Of a stretch of 64,000 nt of DNA, positions 28,952 through 40,571 are shown one piece after another. The translations under genes and the position numbers were made by a program. The first letter of the stretch is position 1, and every line of letters begins with the position of its first letter. The stretch is taken from the NCBI RefSeq assembly GCF_006345805.1, contig NW_021832601.1, forward strand, positions 62,001 to 126,000. Direction: 5' to 3'. Under the pieces are notes generated by a model. The model saw nothing but the letters and a program-made list of their open reading frames with translations, searched no databases and was not told the origin of the DNA. The stretch is from Octopus sinensis (Eukaryota).

Positions 28952-29393
28952 TTCAAAATAATCATATATTCTTACTTTATTATTTTAATCACAATGTAAA
29001 TAAAAATTTATTCATTTTGAGGTTTTAGAAAAATCAAACATGTTTATTAGCCAGGATAATCAATTACATTTTTTTAAACCATAATAGTTATTTGATCTTA
29101 GAAAAACGCGCTTGTGTACTTTTGCTGATCTGGAACTACTGGTTTCAAAATAATATTTAATCAGAAGGTTTCCAACCTCGACTGACAGGTCCAAATGGTT
29201 CGAGCATTAAAAGAAATCCGGACGCAACTATTGCTCTCTTCACAATTTGTTACGAATTCCTTCAAAAATGTATATATCACTTTTTGATTAAAAAAATTTA
29301 GAAATTCATTAAGTGTAATAAAACATTAAATAACCATATAATTGAATAAACCAATACAACTATGCGAAAATTATTATAAGAAACAGAACAAGA

Positions 29394-31797
29394 TCATTTA
29401 TTATTTATTCCAGCTATCTTGGACTGTGTCTCAAATACCAATAACCTCCACAATTTAATCACAAAAACTTCTGCCTCGTTATCAAAAATCTATTAAATAT
29501 CTCACAAAAAAAGCACCGTCCAAATATCTTTAACCAAACTTGTCGGAGATGTCTGAGATAAAAGCTTTTCACATATAAAGTCGTTCAAACTTGGTTCTTC
29601 CTCTCCGATATACTCAATAATCTTCTTATTTACCCAACTACGAATGCGAGTATCGACAAGATTCTTGGAAAATTAAAACTTTAAAATACCTGATCGACCA
29701 CTGTCCAGTCAATTTCGACAGAAAACAATGATTCAGAATCAGTAGGTATCTTGTCAATAATTTGCCGAATCATCCTCTTCTTCTCCTCAGCAGAAATGTA
29801 TTTGAAATGATCAGTCATATCCAATTTTGGTTTCACGACTTCTGGTTTTACTTCGGGGACTTCCTCCTCCTCTTCCTCTTCAAACACTTGGAATGTTGAA
29901 AGGACCGGAGTTGTCTTTGCATCCGACGGAACTTCAAAGCACGTGGCAACTGGGGCCGTCGTTGTCGTTTGCGCATCTTAAATCACAAAAAATTAAATCC
30001 ACTTAGTTTTAGAGCCGTAAAACCAATTTGTTTATCTTCAATAACTTCGGAAACTTCAGTAAATTGGACAATGTCCTCTTCCTCGTTGTTAGTTAGATCA
30101 ACAGTTTCGCCAGGCTCTTCGTCTTCAGTTGTAGAAATGATTTCCTCTTCCACTTCTTTGTCTGTCAAATGTTTAAAAGCTCTCTTCTCGATCTTAAAAT
30201 GTAGATCATTGGGGAAAACCTGTACTAAACGTTCTTCGACATGTTTTCCTCCTCGTTCAACCACACTTCTCCTCATATCTTCCACTTCAGCTAATTCCCT
30301 TTCTCTATCTCTCTTATCCCACTCAATCTCACGATCACGTGCATGTATTAGTCTTGCCAATTGACTTCCTCTGAAAATAGTCACAATACATATCCAACTT
30401 GTAATATTTTCCGTCGTCTCGATCGTCATTGTAAGACATTAGAAAGTCATATTTATGCTTGGTATCTTTCATCTATAAACGGAATGTTACATCTAGAATA
30501 CATTCGACTTATTCCTCTCTTCTATCCGCTCAGCCTCCTTTTCAAATTCTTTCTTCTTCTTCCGTTCTCTTGATTCCCAATTCCGCAAACACTATCAGGA
30601 TTGACCGGGTAAATATATACATTAATATACGAGTTTTCCTTTTCCTGGGCTTCCCTGTCCAACCGAGTTTGTTCTTCCTCATCCTCAAGCTCACTGTTCG
30701 TAGTAATAAAAACAAAAAACCTTGAATTCCTTGACCTTTTAGACGCAGAACTCAATCCACAGTCATTGTCCTCCTAAATGGAAATATATAACAATTTCTA
30801 ACGAGATGCTTGTCCAGGGAACACACGTCCTTTGCTTCCCTTGCGTCCTAGTAGTTTACAGTAGTTTGTCTACCTTTCTCATATTTTTAATAGCGATTGG
30901 ATCTCCTGCAAGTACACCAGCATATTCTACGAGGAGTGCGTCAAACTCTGCCTTCACGGCAGCCATTTCTGCATTCATTGGAGGCTTCGACTCAACTTTG
31001 GGAATGGGGACTCCGGGCATTTTGTGCCTCATGTAATCTTCCAAATGATTCCGACTTTTAGAATTCACTTTGACCTTAAATGAGTATATCTAGACTACCA
31101 AAAGGGGTTTCCCCGCAATGACATATCCATTAAGAAGTCTGAGAGAACAAAGAGTAGACTCCGGGTGCTTGTAGTCACAAAATGCAAAAGCTATTCAAAA
31201 ATTTAGCACTAAACTCAATTACCTTGTAATTTACCAGCACTGGTATAAGTTCTCTTCCAATTAAGCACATTCCCACATTTCTAAAAATAAGATGAGTCAG
31301 CCAACCTCGGCCAATTGCCTAATAAGAGTATCTGGACAACATTCTGGAATGTTCCCAATAAAGACAGTAGTTGTAGTATACGGAATTTCCTTGAATATGA
31401 AATAATGAAAACTACCTTTGGAACGGCGTACTGCATTGGTTGAGACATGACAACGCCGAAATTAGGAGAAGGAGTCATAATTGGAGTTTGAACAACTGAA
31501 GGCTGAACTGGAGTAGGTATAAACGGTACTTGCATTGGCTACAATATAAACAATAGATCCCAACGTTTACTGGGGCAGGGACTCCGTAGGGAAGGAAACC
31601 TAACAAATTGTTAGCCAACATTAGAAATTATAATCTATAAGTTATCTAAATATGAAAATCTAATGAAACCTGAAGATTAAAAGCTAAAATTCTACAAATT
31701 TATAATTCCTGATAGTTTATAATTATTATTAAGAATTACCGGTATTGTATGAAGATGTCATTTGAGGTACACACGGAATACGATTAGGAAACGACAT
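29394..31797 (-). CDS. RBM25: RNA-binding protein 25 (RRM, E/R-rich region, PWI domain)
   Basis: EEKKRMIRQIIDKIPTDSESLFSVEIDWTVVD and WRLLVFETQSKIAGI (PWI); proline-rich N-terminus; many short GT-AG introns. Confidence 0.92.
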
Positions 31798-32185
31798 AAC
31801 AATCACAAGAACAATACACAACACGATATTAATTTAAATTAATATTACTTTACAAAATTAATAATTTATTTATATTTTACTTATACGTATGATAGTAGTA
31901 TAATAAAATTTTTAGTTACATTTTTGGAATCAAATATTTTTTTTAATAAATTAACAAGCACGTCGCAAATCCAGAGGCCCATAGATGTCAGCCACACAAA
32001 AATTCAAAAGCAAGAAAGAGAACAAGCAAGCTAATCATTTTAATCAATTCTGAATTGAGACGTGAATAAGTGTGCAGCTGGTGAAAAATTTAAATTAAAA
32101 TAAAATTAAAATTAATTCAATTTGATTTAATTTAAATGTTCTAAATTTATATGTTTTAAATTTAAATATACAAAATAAAATTCAG

Positions 32186-32520
32186 ATGGTTAAAATCGAA
32201 TTATATGGGTTGGTCATTATGTAAATATTTCATTAATTAGATCAGAAGAATGCGGAATTTTATTAGAGTTACAGGGTCAAGTCAAATTTGAGGATAAATG
32301 TAATTGTTATTTTTTTCTAGACAAAAATGTAAGTAATTTTTCTTCACTTTTAAAGGGTGTTCCTTACCTTGTAATGGGTCGTAAAATTTTAGTTGGACAA
32401 GCCAGTGAAGACGATATTAACATGGCTTTAATTTCTTGTGATTCCGGAAAAACACATTTTGTCGTAAAAAAGAAATTTATATTCAAGGATAAACCAATAC
32501 AAATACTAAAAAATAAGTGA
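32186..32520 (+). CDS. CHTF8: Chromosome transmission fidelity protein 8, head-to-head with RBM25
   Basis: MVKI..ILLELQGQV..GVPYLVMGRKILVG..VKKKFIFKDKPIQI. Confidence 0.75.
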
Positions 32521-32699
32521 TCTATTAAATTTTGCTCTATTTTGTATTTTTTTTGGTGTAAAATTTCGTAGAAATAGTTTATGTACCTAGGATGTTTTCA
32601 TTGAGGATCGTGTGATATTAACGGATCAATGATTTAGAAAAATTTTAAACATTATTATGCTTTTCCTACTATTAGGGACATTCTTATTCATTAGACTGT

Positions 32700-33250
32700 T
32701 TGTGATTCGGCGTGAATATGTGACCTAGTTACGCCCCTGGGCTGTCCTTCTGTTTAGTAAATTGCACATCTGCCGAAAATATGGGATAAAGCAGTCTAGG
32801 AAGTTAAAGATCCACTGCTTCAGTAGACTGTCTCTAATAAGATGGTCGAAATACGGGTGGACACGACGATAAAGACGGATACTAAAGTCAATAATAATAA
32901 ACCGGACATTTTTGTCTAAGACATCATTATGCTGATCAAAGTTGGGATTACTTCTCAACAATCTTTGAAGCATGTGGAAGTTGAGAAATTACATAAATAC
33001 GACCTTTTGGGAAGCGAATTGAGGTTAATTCACAATGCAAATGTGAATTTCGTACCGTTGGTTCTCACATGGGATGGAATAACATCCAAATTTTACAAGC
33101 AATACCAAAACTCTCTACAAGTCCATGACTCAACGCGTGCACATGTTCAGACAATCGTGATCAAAAAAACACTGGAGAGCATGCGCCCTGAGTACAAACT
33201 CTTACCTACAACGGCAAAACATGCAATCTGTTCGGATAGTCTTCCAGGGC
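32700..33250 (+). mobile_element. R4/Dong-like RLE retrotransposon remnant
   Basis: KVGITSQQSLKHVEVEKLHKYDLL..FVPLVLTWDGITSKFY..IVIKKTLES. Confidence 0.75.
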
Positions 33251-33339
33251 TTTCGAGTGATGTTCTTATTTCCGGACGACAAACATCGATTATCAACAGG
33301 TATTAGAATATGACTACATCAAACCAGGTCGTTTTATAT

Positions 33340-33959
33340 ATCTTTAAAGAGCAAGCACTCCTCCTCGAAACTCCTACCATTCTCGACGAATTCTATGATG
33401 AGAGCCGCACACATTTTTATGGCCTTTGCCACCTCTTGAAGAAACAAAACATCCCCTTTAAGATCGAATCCAAACTCTTTCGCGGTCTTGACTGTTACAA
33501 ACAAACCGTTTTGAAATCAGATCTGATGTTGTTGGTGCACAAAATACCATTGGTGCGGGAGGACGTTACAATGGGATTACAGTTATGCTCGGCGGCCCAG
33601 ATTTTCCTAGTATTGAATATTCCACTGGTATCGAACTAATCTTACAAACAATAAATAGGCAAAATGCATTCCTTTTCGTCTGTCTCATTCCTTTTATATA
33701 AAAAAAAGTTAAATCTGTATGTATTAAAGCACTGTATGAACTCCGACATGGAAAAAAACAGCTCAACTTACCTCTGCAAAAAATATAAAAAGTCCCTCAA
33801 GCTGCTAGTGATCTGGGAACTACTTTTTCTCTCATCCTTGTAGATGAAGAGCATTCAAAAAGACTTGTCCAAGTTAAAAATATGAAAACTCGAGACTCAA
33901 TTGAAATTCAATTAGAAGAGCTCACTTCTGTCCTCTTAAAAAATAGGAATAACAAATGA
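33340..33959 (+). pseudogene. hisS: Bacterial-type histidyl-tRNA synthetase, 3' half, intronless, frameshifted
   Basis: With one frameshift: [64 protein letters not shown], then anticodon-domain LVQVKNMKTR; stop at 33957-33959. Confidence 0.85.
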
Positions 33960-34956
33960 CCTTTGACTATAGAAGAACCACCTCTCTCACGTACTTAATA
34001 CAGCGATACAAATAAAAAACGGAACACTCATTTTCTCGATTTTTTTATTAAATGACTAGCTCGGCAGCTCGCTTCGCTCACCGCGACCTAGCTCCTGCGG
34101 AGGGCCTGTTTCATCAAACAACTATAAGTTTATGTATATGTATAAAACTACCTGGTTTAATGTAACCCTATTCTATCGCCTGTTGATAAACGATGTTTGT
34201 CGTCCGTCCTTCCTTGGCATATATGAATAAATTTTCTCTTCTGCCTACCCTCGAGCATCCCACATACAGCTGTCCATGTGAAAAGCACTCACTCTCTAAA
34301 AATAACCCAACTACCTTTAATGACTGTCCCTGGGCCTTGTTTATTGTCATTGCAAAACTCATCCTCAAAGGAAATTGCAGCCTTTTAAATCTAAATGGTA
34401 ATTCATCAGAAATTATCGGAATTCGTGGAATATAAACATCCTCACCTCTATACTTACCTGTTAATATCGTCGCCTCTATTACGTTAGGCATCAAATTTTT
34501 GAGAACTAACCCCGTTCCGTTGCATAATTTAGGTGGCGCAAGATTTCGTAATAAAACCACTGGAACGCCTATCTTTAACTTTAAAAGATGATTCGGCATT
34601 CCAGAGGGATCTAAGGAGTTTAAAAATTCAATCCGGTTGAATTTTTAGAAAATAACAAAAAAATAAAGAAAAACAAATAAAAATAAATAATTTAAAAACA
34701 AAAAAATAAAAAAAACTTTAAAAATTTGTAAAATAGTATAAACAAAAAAAATCTCTGCCGCCACGGCAACAACCAGTCTAATTTTTTAACAGCCAATTAA
34801 GATAATGTTTAAGAGCCTTTATAGTACGGAGATTTAGCTTAGTGACCTTGATTAGACAAACCACTGGCGGAAATGGGGCAGCCGGAGATGCGGCAGGCAG
34901 AGTAGCAGCAGCCAAAAAAGCGACACACAAAAAAGATTTAATTAATTACCTTAAGC

Positions 34957-36515
34957 CAGAGGTTTCCAAATGGGGAGGCGCGCCTCCCTAGGGAGGCGTT
35001 GACTCGTGTCAAGGGAGGCGCGAAAAGTATTTCAGAAACATTTTTTAGAAAATTATATCTATGTAAAAAACGTGACTATATTCCGATAATAAGAGTTATT
35101 AATTTAAAAATTATATTTTTTCAAAAATTTATTTAATTTATTAGACAATTAAATAATTTTAACACATGAATAAATTCTTGAGTGGTTGCAAAAGAAAATT
35201 CACGAATAATAAAGATTTTGACGATGGTTCAAAAAATCAAAATGATTGGAATATAATCAATACCACTCCAAAGACAAGAAAATACTTTCCATCTTACTTA
35301 TTGTTAGGATTCACACGTATCTTTGTTGATTCTATGGAAAAACCCCTCTGTTTGCTTTGCCTCAAAACACTTGCAGCAGATAGTATGAGGCCATGCAAAT
35401 TAAGAAGACATTTTGAAACGATGCATTCTGAACATGTCCATAAGTCTGAAGAATTTTTTAAAAGAAAATTAGAAGAGTTTGATAACCAAACGAAATCGTT
35501 AAAAAAACTTGTTTCTGTCTCTTCAAATGCTTTACTAGCATCGTACAAAGTTTCTTACAGGATTGCAAAATGCAAGAAACCGCACAATATCGGAGAAACT
35601 CTAGTTTTGCCAGCAGCTATCGATATGGTTGAAGCAATGTTTGGCGAATCCTATGCAAAACAATTACAGCAAATACCGCTTGCTGATAACACAGTCGCTA
35701 GAAGAATTGATGACATATCTGAAGATCTTTGTGATCAGTTGGTTTCTCGACTACGTAACTGTAAATTTGCTATACAAGTTGATGAGGGAGCTGACATAAA
35801 TAAAAATGCACATTTAATTGCATATGTCAGATATGCTGAAGAAAGTACAATAATAGAAGATCTATTATTCTGCAAACCATTTCCTGGAAGGAGCACGGCC
35901 AATGAAATTTTTAATATAATTGATACTTTTTTTGAAGAAAATAACATAGAATGGATCAATTGTGTTGGACTTTGTACAGACGGAGCACAGTCAATGTCAG
36001 GAAATAAATCTGGTCTTCAAGCTCTTGTAAAAAACAGAGCACCAGAAATTATCCGGACGCACTGCATGCTGCACAGATCAGCACTTGTCTCAAAGAATAT
36101 GAGTCCAGAACTGAACGATATTTTTGCGCAAATTACAAAAGTTATAAACTACATAAAACACAGTCGAAATTTGAACGGAATATGAAATTTTGTCGAATAA
36201 AGCAATGAAAGTTTTGTTGCCATTTGCTACTTCATATTTATGCGAAACTGGATTTTCTGCACTAGCTGCAATTAAATCTAAATATCGAACTCGTTTAGTA
36301 GTGACTAATGAGCTAAGAGTAGCACTCTCTGCGATGACACCAAGATTTGAAAAACTTTGCGCCAAGATGGAAAAAAAATTATCTCATTAACTTTTTGTTT
36401 TAAAAAATTGTTTTTGATAAAATAATAATTGTATTATATTATGGAATATAAAGGGAGGCGCAAGATTGTACTTTTTCTCTAAGGGAGGCGCGTAAAAAAA
36501 GCTTGGAAACCTCTG
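34957..36515 (+). mobile_element. Internally deleted hAT (ZBED8/Buster-like) transposon
   Basis: TIRs cagaggtttccaa / ttggaaacctctg; 8-bp TSD ccttaagc; ORF 35166-36185 (BED finger, AIQVDE, CTDGAQSM, HCMLHR) joined out of frame to LPFATSYLCETGFS. Confidence 0.95.
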
Positions 36516-36744
36516 CCTTAAGCTGACCGTTTTTTCTTCAGCTTCGTTTTTCCTCCTTCGGTTATCTATTTAAAAAATTATTTTTCAATAATAAAAAAGT
36601 TTAGGAAAAGAGGCATACCGAAAATAAATTCTATCTTTACGAAAAACTTAACTAAATAGTTAATATTTTTACGCAAATTCTTCTGATTGCGCTGTCAATT
36701 GGTGGTAAATTGTGTTAATGATTGTGCTAATGTGGTTTTAACTA

Positions 36745-38204
36745 ACAATATAATCCCCGCACTTTTTTCCCTTGGCCTGTCTATAAACCCTTCGAAATCT
36801 GAGATTTTTAACATCTCTTATGATCCCAATTATTTTAACACATCTATCTATCCATTATTTAATTCGCTTCTCCCTAATATCAAGGCTGTTACATCCTCTG
36901 ATCTTATTGTCCTTGGCTCCCCAATCTTTTCCTCGGCTATCCCTTCCTTCCTGGAGCTTAAGCTCACAAAAATACAAGAATCTATAGCCACACTTAAAAC
37001 AGTCGACGCACATGCTGCCTTCTTCCTGATCAAAAATTTCCTTGCTTTCCCCCGGTTACAATTTTTCTTACAGTCCGCCCCTTGTCACCGCCATCATTGT
37101 GCTCTTCAGCACTTCGATCTTTTGCTAAGAAACTCAATTTCGGCTAATACTAATGTCAATTTTGATGATGCCGGGTGGCAACAAGCGATCCTGCCAGTCC
37201 GTCACGGCGGACTAGGTCTGCAAGCTCCTTCTGTTTTGGCTCTCCCTTTCTACCTTTCTTCGTCATACCGCTGTAGTCCGCTTGTCCTTAGGATTCTTTC
37301 TCCCCATTCCGAATCCGTTCTGGACCAAGAGCTTTCTCATGGTATCGAAGTTTGGTCTTCCCGTGGCTTCGACATTCCTTGCTATCCCTGCTATACAAAG
37401 GCGTGGACGGAAACAATGTTTCTTCAGTTATACAATTCGCTATTATCCTCCTGTGATCAACACCGGCGCGCTTGTCTTTTGGCCGCATCCTCCGAATGGA
37501 GTGGCGCTTGGCTCAACGCATACCCTTCCGGAAATACGGGAACCCTGCTGGACCCAAAAAGTGTGCAGATTGGCATTTCTCTTAGACTTGGTCTGGACAT
37601 CTGCTTTCCACACACTTGCCGCTGTGGTTCTGTCGTAGATCGGAAAGGTCTCCATCCACTTTCCTGTCGCAAAAGCCCTGGCCGGATTCCCAGGCATTCT
37701 GAATTAAATTCCGTAGTAAAACATGCACTTGAAGCAGCCGGATTTCCCTGTCAGCTGGAGCCTCCTGGCCTTCTAAGGGAGGATGGTAAGAGACCTGACG
37801 GGGTCTCACTCTTTCCCTACAAGAACGGGAAAGCAATCGTCTGGGATGCGACATGCTCTGATACTTTCGCATCATCATGTCTTTCCTTGTCGGCGGTCGA
37901 GGCTGGCTCAGCAGCCAAGAGGGCGGAGACGAAGAAGGCATCTAAGTACGCCTCCCTGATGGACCGTTTCATCTTCGAACCGGTGTCAGTGGAAACTTCC
38001 GGTGTACTTGGCCCGTCTACTCTCCGTTTCCTCTCGAAGATCGGAAGGTCATTGGGAAGGCGAGGAACGACCCCCGTGAACTGATGTGGCTTTTTGAGCG
38101 CATCTCTCTCGCAGTTCTAAGGGGGAACTGTTCCTCGATCCTCCTCTCGGCTGCGGTTCCGCCTCTTAATTAGTGATTTCTTTACCTTATAAACTGTCAT
38201 TTAA

Positions 38205-38240
<36 letters not shown>
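36745..38240 (+). mobile_element. 5'-truncated CRE-clade non-LTR retrotransposon with 34-nt poly(A)
   Basis: LPVRHGGLGL, CRCG..HPLSC..RHSELN zinc knuckle, KRPDG..VWDATC RLE; short TSD aacta; one frameshift near 38065. Confidence 0.93.
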
Positions 38241-38242
<2 letters not shown>

Positions 38243-38494
38243 ATCAAAGTGTTTTTCAAAATCTGTTAATTGCACACTCTATTCAAGGTCGTGCAATCTG
38301 TAATTGCACATTCTGTCAAAGTCAAATATGATAATAGCTTTAATTTTGATTCATGGTCGATAATGATATATGCATTTAATTTTAAAGAGAAAATCATAGG
38401 ATGAATTGAATTTCTTTATCGCGAATAATTGGGAGTTCATCATTGTTAATATTCTCGCTGTCGTTTTCATCAAGGATATTCTTAATACGTTAGA

Positions 38495-38930
38495 TTTTTG
38501 CCTCGAAGGTTTTAATGGACCTCATTATGAATGTCGAGGACATTAACGTTGTTCATTTTAATCAAATGCAGAAAATAATTTTTTGATTTTTTGGCGGGAA
38601 GGTTTTAAGGACCTGATCATGTAAGTCGAGGACATCGTAGTTGTTCATTTTAACCAAAATGCAGAAAATTTTTTTTTAATTTTTTTTGGGGGGGAAGGTT
38701 TTAAGGACTTCATCATGTAAGTCGAGGACATTGTAGTTGTTCATTTTAACCAAAATGCAGAAAATTTTTTTTTAATTTTTTTTGGGGGGGAAGGTTTTAA
38801 GGACTTCATCATGTAAGTCGAGGACATTATAGTTGTTCATTTTAACCAAAATGCAGAAAATTTTTTTTTAATTTTTTTTGGGGGGGAAGGTTTTAAGTAC
38901 CTCATCATGTAAGTCGAGGACATCGTATTG
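38495..38930. repeat. About 93-bp tandem repeat (4-5 copies) near the Helitron 5' end
   Basis: Unit ggaaggttttaaggacttcatcatgtaagtcgaggacattgtagttgttcattttaaccaaaatgcagaaaatttt... Confidence 0.9.
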
Positions 38931-39211
38931 CCAATTTGAAGTTGGTGTGCACACACAGACAGACAGACAGACAGACAGACACACACCATACCATTTTATT
39001 ATTAAGATTGATTTATTTTAACAAAAATAGAATTTTTAGAAGACAAACATAACTTTAGCCTTTAAAAAAATAAAAACAACTTATATTTCGGACCGTAGTT
39101 AAATCCAGTTTTGTCCAAACAAAATAAAAAAGAGAACAAAATAAAATTCTCTATTTTTACAGAGTTTTTTAAACCACTTTTTATTTTATTACACGTGTTG
39201 ATTCTTGTTAC

Positions 39212-39859
39212 ATGGTTTTACAACTTACATTACAAGAAAAAGCAGAAATTATTACGTATTATAAAGTCGGAAAGTCATATCGGGAAATAAGAAATTTGAC
39301 CGGAAGATCTCTGAGTGCCATCTCGAGAGTCATTCGAAACTTCACCATGAATGATTCCTTCCAGAGAAAAAAAGGCTCAGGACGAAGATTTAAACTTAAC
39401 TCTGATGATCTCGGAATAATTCAACGTGAACAAAAGTTTGGAAAAGGGAACGTAATGGTTTGGGGCGCATTTACATCGAAATGTTTTTCGGAACTTGTTT
39501 GGATAAAGGGAATTATGAATGGGAACTTATATGTAAGTATCTTGGCGGACTATTTGTTGCCTTTTTTGGAGAAAACCGGAATCCGGTCTCCAATTTATCA
39601 GCAAGATAATGATCCAAAGCACACATGCAAGGTGGCTAAAGATTTTTTTGATGAACACCGAATTGAGTTATTACAATGGCTTCCTCAAAGTCCCGATTTG
39701 AATCCAATCGAGCACGTGTGGGCCTTCATGAAACATAAAATAAAAGGGACTGAATTTAAAAAAAAGAGTGACCTATTTGAGGAATTAAAAAATATTTGGA
39801 ATGATCTTTCAATAGAATATGCGACATCCCTTGTTGAACAATGCGGAACAGAATTTTAG
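39212..39859 (+). CDS. Tc1 transposase with in-frame internal deletion (215 aa)
   Basis: N-terminal HTH joined to VMVWGAF..YQQDNDPKH..PQSPDLNPIEHVW; second HTH and first catalytic Asp region missing. Confidence 0.85.
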   Translation: MVLQLTLQEKAEIITYYKVGKSYREIRNLTGRSLSAISRVIRNFTMNDSFQRKKGSGRRFKLNSDDLGIIQREQKFGKGNVMVWGAFTSKCFSELVWIKGIMNGNLYVSILADYLLPFLEKTGIRSPIYQQDNDPKHTCKVAKDFFDEHRIELLQWLPQSPDLNPIEHVWAFMKHKIKGTEFKKKSDLFEELKNIWNDLSIEYATSLVEQCGTEF

Positions 39860-40571
39860 ACGCAATTAATGCTCAGGGGGGTCATACTAAATTTTGAACT
39901 ACCATTGTTCTCTTTTTTATTTTGTTTGAAAAAAATTTGGTTTAAATACATATTAAAATCTTTGACGTTTGGATTTTTATAAAAGGCAAAAGTTAAGATT
40001 ATAGCTTGAAATTCGATTTTTTATTAAAATAAATCAATCATTCAATAGAAAAAAATCGAGAAAATGAGTGTTCCGTTTTTTATTTGTATCGCTGTAAATT
40101 CAATGTTGGATAGTCTGTTACTATTTCAGGTTGGATTCACTGCCGACGCGATCACGGTGGACTGTCTTTATTGACCCCCAATCATCTCAAATTTTCACGT
40201 TGCTGATAATGCTATAATGCAAGGATCGCTAATTTCAAATCGCTCCTTGTTTTTGCAATAAAGATCTTCTTTCCGATCGTCAGCACGAGTTTATTCTGCT
40301 TGATTTAGAAATGAGTTTTTCAACTCCGAAACACTTTAAAAAATCATTCATTATTGCCTAAAAGTTTTTTTCAAAAAGTGCCTCGATGTTAAGGTGCCGG
40401 ACACCATTTAAGAAATGACTCAAGCCGACTGTAGTGATATTATAAAATAGATCGTCCAATTGTCTCTTTTCCGCCTTGATGAAATTGCTAAAAAATGCAA
40501 GTTTCCTGTTTTTAAAGTGGAAGGAGACGGGATTGTTAAATGTATTTTTATCAAAGGTAGTGTATTTAAAG

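Larger units (their letters stand above)
23880..32621. repeat. 8.7-kb segmental duplication, copy 1
   Basis: Near-identical, same orientation, to 55264-64000 (offset about 31.37 kb). Confidence 0.97.
34056..39007 (-). mobile_element. Non-autonomous Helitron with helicase remnant, carrying two nested elements
   Basis: 5' TC at 39007 followed by (GTCT)n; 3' GCGAAGCGAGCTGCCGAGCTAG at 34056; inserted at A|T without TSD; 34168-34599 encodes Pif1-type [34 protein letters not shown]. Confidence 0.92.
34001..40094 (+). mobile_element. Tc1/mariner transposon in a TA site; left TIR interrupted by a Helitron
   Basis: TIRs cagcgatacaaataaaaaacggaacactcattttctcga at 34001 and its reverse complement ending 40094; TA on both sides. 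Confidence 0.93.

Noticed and set aside
32300-32328. 8-nt micro-exon flanked by 21- and 27-nt introns in CHTF8
   Set aside because: The 21-nt segment is in frame and stop-free, and reading through it (CNCYFFLDKNGVPYL) fits CTF8 at least as well; undecidable without cDNA.
36687-36744. 465-aa ORF suggesting a Helitron-CRE fusion protein
   Set aside because: The first ~19 codons are chance read-through from a TTG in non-coding Helitron sequence into a 5'-truncated CRE; there is no ATG or evidence of expression.
38495-38930. CRISPR-like regularly spaced repeats
   Set aside because: The units are contiguous near-identical tandem copies with no unique spacers and no cas genes, in a eukaryotic Helitron context.
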